64,000 nucleotides of DNA from Squalus acanthias. Lineage: Eukaryota. Position numbers and translations under genes: made by a program. Below, in pieces: positions 1 through 12,723 of this stretch; position 1 is the first letter of the stretch; each line of letters starts with the position of its first letter. The notes below the pieces were generated by a model. The model worked only from the letters and a program-made list of their open reading frames with translations. It searched no databases and was not told the origin of the DNA. Where the stretch lies: contig CM059432.1 in the NCBI GenBank assembly GCA_030390025.1, positions 125,986,001-126,050,000 of the forward strand, read 5' to 3'.

Positions 1-900
1 GCAGCTAATGCGCCACTCACAGCAGCACATGGTCTCTATGGAGAATAGATGGCTATCTTTGGAGGATAGATGGCTATGTATGGATAATAGATGGCAGAGG
101 CTCATTGATCTCCTCTCTAGGAGGGATGTCAGCGTAAATGTGGGTCCTCATGGCGCCACTGATATGCAGCAAGGTGCTCTCCAGCTCCTTGGCAGCAGGG
201 AAGTGAGCAGGCTGCCTCTACCTCTGCTGAAGCCACAGGGCTAGCACTTCGTAGAAGCATGTGGAAGAGAAAGATGACACACAGGTGGATTCACAAGGGT
301 AGCCACTTGAGTGTTTTAGACAATGTTTATGTAAGGTTTCTGTTAATGTGCTGTCAAACATAAAAATCTTTATTTTCAACACTTTCTGGTCTTGGACAGA
401 TTTGTGTACATCTTTGTAAGTGGCTCAGTGAGTTGCAGTGAATGGTGAGACATAATGGTACCCCCCGCAATGCTGGTGAGTGTGAAAGGAATGGCTTGGT
501 CATTGCAGGGATGCTTTATGGTGTTGGTGTGGGGTGCTGCCAACCTGACGCATCATGTGGCAGCCATATGGGTGTACAGCATCAAGTGAAGTAAATCTGG
601 TCATGATGAGGCCATGCCTGGCCTCCCGGGCAGCAATGTCGTCGGGTGCTGATGCCTTCTGTCCTGTCCGGTGATTGCGGAGAAGGTTGGTGGTGTTGTT
701 GGTGCTGCTGATGTTAAGGCTGATCGTGGTCGGATTCTGAGGACCAAGGTGAGATAGTATAAAGGGCACCCATGCTGACGGAATAGATGGCAGGTGAAGT
801 AGAGATGACAGAAGCGATCTGTCAATGGTGAGAGAGGTTCTTCCAATGAGGTGACACTGGATGGAGACTTTGCTGGAAAGACATGCAGCCTGCAGAATCT
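1..900. mobile_element. Non-autonomous PIF/Harbinger relic, left part outside window: 3' end of Myb-like gene (+) converging on an internally deleted transposase (-)
   Basis: ORF 8-244 (GPHGATDMQQGALQLLGSREV) matches the C-terminus of the Myb-like ORF at 20522-21248 (GPHGSTDVQQGALRPLASREV). 280-880 aligns by eye to 30070-30300 plus 32238-32610. Minus-strand IAAREARHGLIMTRF resembles a HARBI1-type C-terminus. Confidence 0.75.
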
Positions 901-1204
901 GTGCTGGGAATACAATGAGAAACAGTGTCTAGGCATGACAGGAAGAATTGTCACTTTGATGAGATATTAGAAGGCAGTTGCACCCATGGCATGAGTCAGT
1001 GGCTTCAAGTGAAGAAAAGAATAATTTTGGGGGGAATGCATCACTTGCGACCATGTCATACTGGTAGCCAAACACCTTTATGGTGGGTTGTTTTGTCAAA
1101 TGTTCTCGTCTTTTCTCCATTCCTATCGTGAAGGAGCTGATTCCTTATGGGGATACAGTTCTATTGGTGCCAACAGGCCTCTAATACCTCATCCAAGAGA
1201 CCAT

Positions 1205-1837
1205 GGGGGAAACATTCAGTATTGACCATTTTGGGGCGCTAACGTTGCCTGGGCGCAAACTTTAGCGCCTGCCGCTAATCGAAATTCAGTTTTAGTGCCC
1301 CAAAAGGGAGGTGGAGCGCTAAATCAAGCGGTCCACTTCCTTTTTGGAGCGCTAACCCCGAATATCAGGGCAGAGACTTCAGCAGCATTGCACACTGGGC
1401 CGTGCAGCGCTGCCGCGTTCAAAGGCTCCTTCCCTCCCTTAAAGGGAAGGGCCATTGCTGCAGGCGCTGCAATGGAAAAATTACCTACCTGGATCACCAA
1501 GGCTGCCGCTATCCCGCGCGATCAGCCCGGCACTCAAGCAGAGTGCTGGGCTGATCGATCGCGGGCAGGAAACTGCGAAAAAAACACCAACAGGAAAGGT
1601 AATTTTTTTTTTACTTACCTCGGTCACCTCGCCTTTAATCATCGCTCCCGAAGCGGCCGGCTGCCCGATGCCCGCCTCCTACAGCTGTCGGTGTTTTCAA
1701 CCGGCGCTGCTGCAGGGGGCGAAAGTCAATATGGCGGGAGTCGATGTCAGCGCCGTGCCCGGTCACAAAGCAATTTGCGTCCTGTTAGCACCCCGGGGGC
1801 GCTAACGAGAGGTGCAAAGGTACCCAATTTCTCCCCC
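1205..1837. mobile_element. Harbinger-type MITE (~633 bp)
   Basis: Imperfect TIRs GGGGGAAACATT.../...AATTTCTCCCCC; 3-bp TSD CAT (1202-1204, 1838-1840); CpG-rich subterminal repeats. Confidence 0.7.
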
Positions 1838-1876
1838 CATGTGTATACTTACACAGTGAGCATTGACAGGCTATTT

Positions 1877-1999
1877 AACTTTCCCACATTACAACAGTGA
1901 CACCACTTCAAAAAAAAAAGTACTTCATTGGCCGTAAAGCACTTTGAGATATCCGGTGGTTGTGAAAGGCGCTATAGAAATGCAAGCCTTTCTTTCTTT
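1877..1999 (+). mobile_element. SacSINE1-like DeuSINE, 3' fragment
   Basis: Matches the tail of the full copy at 26671-27140 (ACATTACAACAGTGAC...GTGAAAGGCGCTATAGAAATGCAAG). Confidence 0.85.
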
Positions 2000-3250
2000 G
2001 GAAGGCATTGTCTGTATAGTTTAGTCCTACACAAAATTGTGGCTTTATCCACTAAAGTATCAGGAATTATGCACAACCTTGACAGTTGAATGTTCCTGTG
2101 CACCACCCTTGTTGGATTGATGACCTGCAATATCCATCCATCCTTGTTAATCTTTGGCGGTTGCACAGCAATAATACAAAATATTGCCACATTATGCAGG
2201 AGTTAACAGCCAACCACATATTTGTGGCTTCGTTATAGGACTGTTTTGTGATCTAAACATTACTCTTGGATGTTCATAATGCCAAGTGTGCACTGTTTGA
2301 CTATTCTTGTGGTGGTGTGAGTTCCATTATACTGCTCGGGCTGGGATGGAGTTTTGGCACTAAAATCATCAACAACAATTTCAGAGCACAGCCTCTGTTA
2401 CCTGACAAAGAGATAATGGCATAAATTACAAAGAATGCAGCCTGGTCCCTCACCTTGCTCTCAGCCTCATTCAGGCCAAACTCCTGAACGGTCGATGTAG
2501 TCCACAATTGGCAAGGATAAAAAGCATCTTGGGTGTTGTCAGAGCAATTGGCACACAGATCTGTCGTGATACTCCTGGCACTGCACACTACCCGTACATT
2601 AATAAGATGGAAGCCTTTCCTATTAAAGTAAATGTGCGTATTCCAAGCAGGGGCTCCCGTTAAGAAAGCTGGCAGTTTTCAAGAGTTACAACACAGAAAT
2701 CTCAATGCTGAAATATTATGACATGATCAAATCAGTGAGGATTAGCGTAGATGCTTCCAGTTTATGAATGGGGTATAAAATGACTATGTCGTTCTCTTCA
2801 TTCAAGTTCTTACTGTGGCCTTTTAACCATCACTTTGAATTTCACAGTGCCTAGAAACACTGGATGCCTGTTGAAAGCTGGCATGAGTAGTGCCCAGCAT
2901 TAATGATAGAAAATGTGACCTACGAGCTCACCCTGTAACTATTGCCCTATTTAAATGTGCCTGCTCATATTTGGGCGAGTGCTTCCGGTATCTAGCGTTA
3001 GTAACAATGAAAAATCCTAACAGATGTGAAAATGGGTGAGAATCTGGCATTATGGATCCCCGGCCAATATTCCACTCCACTCGTCAGAGTATCACAGGAA
3101 AACCAACGGCAATAGTGGGAAATCCTGCCTACAGTTTACTCGTATGATAAAATATAATATAATTGTGATCCTCACGTACAGCCTAGAGTTAATTTGAATT
3201 TTGAATTATAAAATACAGTTTACTGGAAAGGAAGGGAGATGTAATTTAAT

Positions 3251-3595
3251 TTACATAGGATTACATAGGATATACGGTGCAGAAATAGGCCATTCGGCCC
3301 AACCAGTCCATGCCGGCGTTTATGCTCCACTCGAGCCTCCTCCCGTCTTTCCTCATCTAACTCTATCAGCATAACCCTCTATTCCCTTCTCCCTCATATG
3401 CTTATCTAGCCTCTCCTTAAATGCATCTATACTATTCGCCTCAACCACTCCCTGTGGTAGCGAGTTCCGCATTCTCACCACTCTTTGGGTAAAGAAGTTT
3501 CTTCTGAATTCATATTTGATTTCTTGACGACTATATTATATTGATGGCCTCTAGTTTTGTTCTTCTTCACAAGTGGAAACACTCTCTCTGTGTCT
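3251..3595 (-). mobile_element. CR1 LINE 3' fragment
   Basis: Reverse complement closely matches 22178-22514; short-repeat (AATCCTATGT) tail. Confidence 0.9.
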
Positions 3596-3802
3596 CTCTG
3601 TGTTGGCGATAGAAGCCAAGTTTGCAGTTGGAGACGATAATTAGCGCCAGGGGCTAAACTTTGCGCCCAGCCGATAATTGCGCCCCAAACCAGGGCGATA
3701 CCGAATTTCTCCCCCAAGAAATCTTAATGGACAACTGTATGCTGTTCCTTCCTGTATTTTATGTAAAAGAAACCAGTTTGTTCTTTTGCAATCGTGCCTT
3801 AC

Positions 3803-4005
3803 CTTACTAGAGTGCTTTTCGGTCCGTCTTCTGTCGTGACTGGAGAACGCACATGCTGTAACAGGCAAGATTACAGTAGTCAAGGGTTCTATGTTATGAA
3901 CCCTCAGGTCATGCTGTTGTTTAACTAGATATTGGTCAGTATAGTTGCTCTCCAGATCGTAGGGGACATGAGGTCTGTTTTCAGGAGTGACTGGTGATGC
4001 TGAAC
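3803..4005 (-). CDS. Candidate internal coding exon of an unidentified host gene (phase 1 to phase 0): (G)SASPVTPENRPHVPYDLESNYTDQYLVKQQHDLRVHNIEPLTTVILPVTACAFSSHDRRRTEKHSSK
   Basis: Non-repetitive sequence; acceptor cttgatattctttcag|G; donor AAG|gtaagg; 203 bp open in one frame. The peptide is not recognised. Confidence 0.5.
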
Positions 4006-4084
4006 CTGAAAGAATATCAAGTTCAAGAACCGAAAAATGTGTAACATTATGTCTTGGTAAATAGATTTCCTGAAATGGCTTATT

Positions 4085-5258
4085 AAACATAGAACATAGA
4101 ACATAGAACATAGAAGAGTACAGCACAGTACAGGCCCTTCGGCCCTCGATGTTGTGCCGAGCATTGTCCGAGACCAAGATCAAGCTATCACACTCCCTAT
4201 CACTCTGGTGTGCTCCATGTGCTTATCCAATAACCGCTTGAAAGTTCCTAAAGTGTCCGACTCCACTATCACAGCAGGCAGTCCATTCCACACCCCAACC
4301 ACTCTCTGAGTAAAGAATCTACCTCGGACATCCCTTCTATATCTCCCCCCATGCACCTTATGGTTATGTCCCCTTGTAACAGCTGCCTCTACCCGAGGAA
4401 ATAGTCTCTGAACATCCACTCTATCTATCCCCCTCATCATCTTATAAACCTCTATTAAGTCGCCTCTCATCCTCCTCCGCTCTAAAGAGAAAAGCCCCAA
4501 CTCCCTCAATCTTTCCTCATAAGACCTCCCCCCCAAACCAGGCAGCATCCTGGTAAATCTCCTTTGCACTCTTTCCAATGCTTCCACGTCCTTCCTATAG
4601 TGAGGTGACCAGAACTGCACACAATATTCCAAATGTGGTCTCACCAAGGTCCTGTACAGTTGCAGCATAACCTCACGGTTCTTAAACTCAAACCCTCTGT
4701 TAATAAACGCCAACACACCATAGGCCTTCTTTACTGCTCTATCCACTTGAGTGGCAACCTTCAGAGATCTGTGGATATGAACCCCCAGATCCCTCTGCTC
4801 CTCCACGTTCCTCAGAACCCTGCCGTTGACCCTGTAATCCTTATTCAAATTTGCCCTACCAAAATGAATCACCTCGCACTTATCAGGGTTAAATTCCATC
4901 TGCCATTTTTCGGCCCAGCTCTGCATCCTATCAATGTCTCTTTGCAGCCTACAACTGCCCTCCACCTCATCCACTACTCCACCAATCTTGGTGTCATCAG
5001 CAAATTTACTGATCCACCCTTCAGTCCCCTCCTCCAAGTCATTGATAAAAATCACAAACAGCAGAGGACCCAGCACCGACCCCTGTGGCACACCGCTGGT
5101 AACTGGTCTCCAGTCCGAAAATGTTCCATCCACCACCACCCTCTGCCTTCTATGAGATAGCCAGTTACTTATCCAATTGGCCAAATTTCCCTCTATCCCA
5201 CAACTCCTTACTTTCTTCATGAGACGACCATGGGGAACCTTATCAAACGCCTTACTAA
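4085..5258 (-). mobile_element. 5'-truncated CR1 LINE with uninterrupted ORF2 RT C-terminal half
   Basis: KAFDKVPH, GVPQGSVLGP, FADD and [12 protein letters not shown] motifs in ORF 4180-5304; (TTCTATG)n tail at 4085-4113. Confidence 0.95.
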
Positions 5259-6019
5259 CATGTACAAAGTTCAATGATGGACAAAAAATGAACACCGGAA
5301 CCAATGTAGGTTACGGCACAGGTCAAATAACACAATAAAATATTCTACATTTCACTAAAGTGCAAGTTGAAAAATGTACCTATAAATTGAATTTAGATTT
5401 TGACTTAGAAATCTGAATTAGGTGGAATTAGAACACTTCTGAATTCTGATCCAACTCAGATGATTCCACTCTGACAAAGTTATCTGGTTAAGAAATGCTA
5501 TTCTTGATCTGGGAGTGCTGAATACTGACATTGGATGATCCCCAGCACTAAGATTCCTCACCTTGATGAGCATTAAAAAAAAACCTGAAAAATCTGTGTC
5601 TCATTGACCTGATGAGATGCAGGTTGATGGGTGCTACACTCGAACAAAAGCATGTCAAGAAAAGTCTGTGTTTTAGTAGAAAAGCTCAACATTGCTTTTG
5701 TTTTCCTCTTCATATCAGCTTGCAAAATTGAACACTATCTTTATTTTATGTCTTTCTTCTCGGTTCTGCTTCTGTGAGTGCCAGTCTGTTGATATTGTTT
5801 GATCTTTTTTGATCTTCCTCATATATAGAAGATAGACAATATGACTTTGTGGTTTATTGAATAAACTAAAATAAATTATTTAAGCGGGACCAACTCACTG
5901 GTGGGCTAATCTTCCTTAAACCACTGAATCGTATCTTTTATCTTGTTTATATCAAGGTTGATTGATTTTATGAGTTTACTAGTCGATCTCCAGGACCAAG
6001 TGCACGGAAGTAAGGAAAT

Positions 6020-6605
6020 CAGTTCAGCGGGAAGGGAGGGTTGACAGGATTTTATACTTAGTTAGGAGTGTACCTCAGTGGATGGGCAAGGAAAGAACCT
6101 TAGTTGTGGGGGGTGCAAAAAGCTACTTCACCAAGGGAAGGCGAAAGGAAAAAAATCCAACTATGTGATGGAGGGGAGGAAGGAAAGCACCTCAGGGGAG
6201 TTCCTGGGTGGGGGTGGGAATGGGGCACTCACCCAGGGGGCGGGGGGTCCAGGAAACTGGCTCAGCCAGGGAGAGGGCAAGAAAACTAGCTCCATTTTAG
6301 AAAATCAATTCAGTGGGGGAGAGGAGGAAGGCAACTATTTTAGGCAACTCCCTCTGTGAGGTGAGGTCCAGGAAACTGTCTCAGCTGGGCAAACACCGCT
6401 GAGTGGAAAGCAATAAAAATACCTCAGCGGAGGGGGTAGGGGCGGTGGTGGGGGAGGCAAAGCAAGGCAACGACCTCAGCGGAGATGGAGTGAAGGGAAA
6501 CACTTTCAACACCGGGAGGGGGAGGTGGAAACGTAGCTCAGTTGGGTGGGATATAAGCTTGGGGTGGAGGGAAAGAAGGAAAAATCCCTCGGTAGGGAGA
6601 GGGGT
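6020..6605 (+). repeat. Degenerate purine/G-rich tandem repeat, period roughly 25-35 bp
   Basis: Recurring (A)CCTCAG-like motif followed by G-runs and A-runs (e.g. 6072, 6189, 6421, 6473). Confidence 0.5.
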
Positions 6606-6644
6606 TTGTAGTGGGTAAGGGCACCATACAATATCAAACCATGC

Positions 6645-7410
6645 CAAGCAGAAGGACCCATGTTTTGTTCCTGTTCTGTGTTGAGTTAGCTGGTCTTAGC
6701 CAGAGAAGGAGTTGGGGTGCTACAATTGGCATCAGTGCCCCTTGGCTAAGGAGGAGAAAATTAGCTAAAGTTTCTGCTCCTGATTGAAAGAAAAGAAAGA
6801 CTTGCATTTATATAGCGCCTTTCACGACCACCAAACGTCCCAAAGCGCTTTACAGCCAATGAAGTACTTTTTGAAGTGTAGTCGCTGTTGTAATGTGGGA
6901 AACGCAGCAGCCAATCTGCGCACAGCAAGCTCCCACAAACAGCAAAGTGATAATGACCAGATAATCTGTTTTTTAATGATGTTGATTGAGGGATAAATAT
7001 TGGTCAGGAGACCGGGGATAACTCCTCTGCTCTTCTTCAAAATAGTACCATAGGATTTTTTTTTTACACCCACCTGAGAGTGGTAGATGGGGCCTCAGTA
7101 CTGCACTAGAAGGTCAGCTGAGATGTTCGTGCTTAAGTCTCTGGAGTGGGAATTGAACCCACAACCTTCATGACTCAGACAGGTAAGAGTGCTATCCACT
7201 GCGCCACAGCAATTCCTATACAGTGACACCTTCTGGAAAGTACACCTATGTGCGCATCAGGTGAGACCATGCTCAGGCTTGACTCCACAGTCAAATAACC
7301 TTCAAAGAGGCTCAAACATGAAGAAGGTCCCTTGGCCAAGGTACCTGAGGGTTAACAACACCTGAGGAACTTTAACCCAGCACGAATCAGCAATTTCACG
7401 AGAGGAGAGA
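6645..7410 (+). mobile_element. Old unclassified SINE-like repeat, split by a SacSINE1 insertion
   Basis: 6680-6783 aligns by eye to 52765-52900, and 7212-7410 to 52910-53110. Confidence 0.55.
6786..7210 (-). mobile_element. SacSINE1-like DeuSINE
   Basis: tRNA-derived head (TGGCGCAGTGG, GGTTCAATTCC), Deu-like core and L2-like tail; homologous to 26671-27140. Confidence 0.9.
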
Positions 7411-7794
7411 ACAGATTTAGAAGAACAAATAAAAATTAAATTGGATTTTACTACTTTTTCTGAGTCGCAGTATAATCAAGCAAAAGTACCATGTTGGTCA
7501 GTTTCAGACATATATCACTATTCTGTCATCATCACTGGGTCAAAATCTTGGAATTGCCTACCGAATACCATTGTGGGAGTACCATTGCCACCAGGACTGC
7601 ACTGGCTCAAAAAGAAAGCCCATCACTACTTCTAAAATGAACTAGGGATGGGCCTGCCGGCATCCAGATCCCAAGAACAAATTTTTTAAAAGTAACCACA
7701 GTAAGTGTGCCAACTTTGCTTGAGACCTGCCAATCAATTTGAAGTTATCTCATTTTCTGACAGAAAGAAACATTCGTTGCAACAGGTCAGGTGA

Positions 7795-8992
7795 CCGCCT
7801 GGTCTCAGTGGTAGCACTCTCGCTTCTGAGTAAGAAGCTCGTGGGTTCATAGTCTTACTCCAGAGACTTGAGCACCTAATCTAGATTGACAATTCACTGC
7901 AGTACTGAGGGAGTGCTGCACTGTCGGAGATGCTGTCTTTTGGATGAGACATTGGGCCGAAAATTGATCCCGGGACGCGAGAGTACGCACTGCATACTCT
8001 CGCGTATTCCCACTCCAATTGCCGGTTTTCTGCATGCCCTGCGCATGCGCTGAAAACCGGCAATTGCTCTTCCGAAAAGGGGGCGGGGCCTGGGTGCATC
8101 GCGTGCGCGCTACAGGCTGCGCGCACGCTGTGCACTTCATGCTTTGGACGCGCAGGTAAGTAGGGAAGATTTTGGAAATGTAAAAAGGAGGAGTAAGACC
8201 CGCTTTTAAGAAGGTAAGTAGTGAATTAAGTATTTTTTTGAATTTTTTTTTACAGGTATATCTTTTTTATAGACTTTAAAGACAGGTAAGTTTATTTTTA
8301 TAACTTTTTAAAAGATTTTAAATTTTTTCAAAAATTTTATTTTTTATTTAAAATGGTTAATTTAATTAACTATACTTATTTTATTAATGTGATGGGGTTT
8401 TTTTTAATTTAATTGAGGTTTAGCTGTTATTTTGGGGGGGTGTAAGATTCATAAGTCTCACAGCCATGCTGTGAGACTTATGAATGGAAGATGGTGTGCT
8501 GCCATTGGCTCTAACTGAGTCACGTGATCCCACAGCTCGCACGAATTCACTACGCCGCTGGGATACGCAAGCCCAGCACAGCTGATGTCTGGAACATCAA
8601 GTTCGTGCGAGCTGGATCAGAAAAAGCATAAGCGAGGTGAGACAACGCGGGGAAGGCTTACCCCCGCGGGAACAGAGCGAGATCAATTTCTGGGCCATTA
8701 AATTGAGGCCCCATCTGCCCTCTCATATAGACGTGAAAGATCCCATGGCACTATTCAAAGAAAAGCAGGGCTGTTCTCCTGTTATCTTGGTCAATATTTA
8801 TCCCACAACCAACACCAGAATATCTGGTCATTATCTCATTGCTGTTTGTGGGAGCTTGCTGTGCACAAATTGGCTGCCGCATTTCCTACATTACAACAGT
8901 GACTCCACTTCAGAAGTACTTCATTGACCGTAAAGCTCTTTGGGACGTCCCGAGGTTGTGAAAGGCGCTATAGAAATGCAAATTCTTTCTTT
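7795..8992 (+). mobile_element. SacSINE1-like DeuSINE interrupted by MITE 7954-8696
   Basis: The SINE sequence GGATGAGACATT|AAATTGAGGCCCC is continuous once the insert is removed. Confidence 0.9.
7954..8696 (+). mobile_element. Harbinger-type MITE (743 bp), hairpin family
   Basis: 16-bp imperfect TIRs GGGCCGAAAATTGATC / GATCAATTTCTGGGCC; TSD ATT; AT-rich core; perfect 18-bp stem at 8447-8485. Confidence 0.85.
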
Positions 8993-9334
8993 ATTTAACA
9001 TATTGGAGGATATCACCTCCCTCTCCTCTGTCAAGCATTGGTAGAGGCACAACAATTGGCCTTAAGTGAGAATGCGCAAATCTGCTTTTTTTTTCCCCAA
9101 AATGTTTCTTCCCTTTTTATCCCTCCTGCGGATGCTGATGCTTCCAGGGATACAGTTCCATGGGCCGAGGCGGCTTAGTGTTGCCTCAGTTTCCTGGGTT
9201 ATGGAGTAAAAGGCAAATAAGGGATAGCTGTGATTACTGGGAAGCAATATGGTTAAAGGTTTAGATTATATCAATAGCCACTTGCTATAACGCATATCTG
9301 AACGATGAGGTGAGATGACAAAATTGAAATCTCT

Positions 9335-9785
9335 GCACTGTGCTCTAAACATGAACAGCATCAGCAATTGAGCACGGAAAGCACTGGCCTCTCACATCTC
9401 TTACACTTGCACTTCCATGAACCATAATGCTTCAGTTTAAACCTTATGGCAGACACTTAAAAATGCTTTTAATGTCACTCGTAACTGTGGCATGTAATGC
9501 CACTAAGTTAAAATAGCACCTATAGCTACCTGCGTGCTGTTTAATCATCCATTCATACAAGGTGCGATGTAGGTTGGTCACTGGGGTGGCGTTAATTCCA
9601 AATGCTAAAAGCATATTTTATCTGTTTTTAAAGGAGAAGGTTGCACATAAACACAGAGAGGCAAACCAGACTGGTGGTGGGCCCCGCTAACCTCCAAATA
9701 CTTAATCAGCATGGGTAGGGTTGGGGTGAGGGTACGAGCCACAAAGAGCATGCTGGCAAAAAAGAAAGTCTTGCATTTATATAGC
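9335..9785 (+). repeat. ~450-bp direct duplication of 10958-11405
   Basis: Near-identical sequence from GCACTGTGCTCT to TTGCATTTATATAG in both copies. Confidence 0.95.
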
Positions 9786-10685
9786 TATAGGGTATCTGCT
9801 ATTTTTTCGAAAATACACACTTTGAATTTCATAAAGGGGTTTTATTCATTTCTGGCTCTGTACTTCGTTGCCAGGACACCAACAATCAATACTGTTCATG
9901 ATGTTGATGAATGATGATGTCAACATTGACTGTTTATTAAGAAGTAAGCAACAGTTAAATAATAGGACCTGTACACGTTATCCATTACTCTATTTGCCTG
10001 TAGGAAGGATCATACAATGTATTTTTTATGCAGTCTGCATAGGATTCACCGTGTATCCAAGTGCCTAAATGTTGGCCCATTTTGAATGTGTGCAGCTGCC
10101 ACTTTTATTCACATGGCCATTGCCACACAAACCATTTGTAATGCCAAACAGCCACACCTGGTTTTATTAACCACCTGATGAATCAGCCATTGTGTGACAA
10201 GAAGACAAACAAAAGGCATTTACTTTAGGAGTCTGGCACAGTTTTCATGTAGTAAGTTTATAAAATGGAATCCATGGATTGCCTACAGTTACAAACTGCA
10301 CTTAACAGCTCCAGCCTGGTGCGTCAACTTTAACCCGTACAATGTTCGTGAAATTTCAAGTACATCCCACTCACCAACTGGAAAAAGTTTTATATGGGAG
10401 CTGCACTTTGAATCAAGAAGAATCCTCAGATTCTACTGAAGATTACAGGGCTGATCCAGCAATCCCGACAAAAATGGAACCGGGATCGCAGAGCTTCATG
10501 ATCTTATCCATAAGTGGAGAAGGGAACTGTCCTTACCGGATCCAGTGAGGTCAGCTCATTATAATAATTTGAATGTGCACTTCCCACGAGCACAAAGAAT
10601 GCAATAAATGAAATGGGGCAGAGAATCATGACAGTAGGCGTCTTAATTCCATTTTGGCGTAGTTTGTTGCATTGAAGAGAAAACT

Positions 10686-12240
10686 ATGGAAGATCAGCAA
10701 GGGCAAAAAGACAGAACTGTAGCCTTGGTTGCTTCGCCACAAGAGGACGGTAGCCATATTTAGCAATCTCGCTCTGCATCTTAATTTGCAGCAAATATGG
10801 CAGGAGGTGGCTTATTGGGTGAATGATGGCTCCTACGTCAATAAGTTGTGGAAGCAGATAAGGAAGAAGTTCCCACGCATGAAGAAGATTGCAAAGGTAA
10901 AGCTGCCACAGTTTGACACCTCAAATGAACTCTATGCCCATATTTTGCATGCCAAAAGCACTGTGCTCTCAACACGAACAGCATCAGCAATTGAGCACGA
11001 AAAGCACTGGCCTCTCACATCTCTTACACTTTCACTTCCATGAACCATAATGCTTCAGTTTAAACTTTATGGCAGACACTTAAAAATGCTTTTAATGTCA
11101 CTCGTAACTGTGGTATGTAATGCCACTAAGTTAAAATAGCCCCTATAGCTACCTGCGTGCTGTTTAATCATCCATTCATACAAGGTGCGATGTAGGTTGG
11201 TCACTGGGGTGGCGTTAATTCCAAATGCTAAAAGCATATTTTATCTGTTTTTAAAGGAGAAGGTTGCACATAAACACAGAGAGGCAAACCAGACTGGTGG
11301 TGGCCCTGCTAACCTCCAAATACGTAATCAGCATGAGTAGGGTTGGAGTGAGGGTACGAGCCACAAAGAGCATGCTGGCAAAAAAGAAAGACTTGCATTT
11401 ATATAGTACCTTTCACGACCACCGGACGTCTCAAAGCGCTTTACAACCAATGAAGTACTTCTTGAAGTGGAGTCACTGTTGTAATGTGGGAAACGCGGCA
11501 AGCCAATTTGCACACAGCAAGCTCCCACAAACAGCAATGTAATAATGACCAGATAATCTGTTTTTGTTATGTTGGTTGAGGGATAAATATTGCCCAGGAC
11601 ACCGGGGATAACTCCCCTACCCTTCTTCGAAATAGTGCCATGGGATCTTTTACGTCCACCTGAGAGAGCTCGGTTTAACATCTCATCCGAAAAACAGCAC
11701 CTCAACAATGCAGCACTCCCTCAGCACTGCACTGGAGTGTCAGCCTAGCTTTAATATGCTCAAGTTCCTGGAGTGGGAACTTGAACCCACAACCTTCTGA
11801 CTCAGAGGTGAGCAGTGCTACCCACTGAGCCACAGCTGACACAGGCCAATAATGCAAGTGTCCTCTTTAATTTCTTTTCGCTCCCCCTTCACTCACTGTC
11901 ACACAAACACATTGGCCCATCAGTAGCATGCCATTCAATGGCTTTGGGACGGTGTACTAACCCATTTCATACAGATAAGATGGTAACACATGTTCCTTTT
12001 CTCTTCCTGTAGAGCTCTCTGAAGATGATGTGACAGCCACCTCAGAGAAGCAGGAAGCTGAGCCATCTCAGGAGCTCTATCATACACCAGCTCAGATATA
12101 TCCTGTTCAAGGGAATCAAATAGAGTCAGGACCACCTGGTGAAGTACACAGCACAAATAAGGAAGAGCAAGTGGAGGTGGCTACAGTTTAGCATCAACAA
12201 GCTAAACAGAGACCAGGCCCAGCTATTTCTCCCTGCAGGC
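10686..12240 (+). pseudogene. Degenerate Harbinger Myb/SANT-like gene (exon 1 to ~10897; exon-3-like piece from ~12012)
   Basis: QQIWQEVAYWVN...WKQIRKKF...IAK followed by a GT donor, the typical end of MSANTD-type exon 1. Confidence 0.6.
11380..11842 (-). mobile_element. SacSINE1-like DeuSINE, full length
   Basis: Reverse complement of the 26671-27140 type sequence; A/B boxes present. Confidence 0.92.
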
Positions 12241-12723
12241 CCCACAGATTCTCACATGTGGGGTCACTGGATAGGGATAAAGAGTGGGCATGCTGGCTGA
12301 TTTCCCTTTTCGTAGCCCTTGGGTGCGAAGGCCAAACATAAAGCTGAATTGCACTTCAACTACATTTCCAAAAGCAAAATATATATTAGTTGATCTCTCA
12401 TGGCATTGTCACAGACAAAATTAAAGAAATAATTTTACTACATTATGAAAGACCAAGATAAACAGTAGCAGACACTGTCACGTAACAGTCACATACTGTG
12501 TAATGAGTCCTCTATTTTACCAGGTACTAGAATTCTATGTCACCTCTTCTCATGCTCTACTCCCTATATCCATCTTTCCTTTCTTAAAAAAATGAGGATT
12601 GAAGAATATATTCCTGTCTCTAGGAGAATGGTCCAACAGTGATTATGTTCAATTGGGAAATGGCAGATGAAAATATGAAATTTTGACCCACTAGAAACTC
12701 CTAGGATACAAAGTTAAAATATA

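Noticed and set aside
1295..1900. 201-aa ORF in GC-rich sequence
   Set aside because: Lies within a MITE; no domain motifs; openness explained by GC content.
3590..3716. Harbinger end abutting a CR1 fragment near the same CR1 position as the 19605 insertion (possible target preference)
   Set aside because: The junction is not at a TIR and is offset by several bases; more likely a deletion junction.
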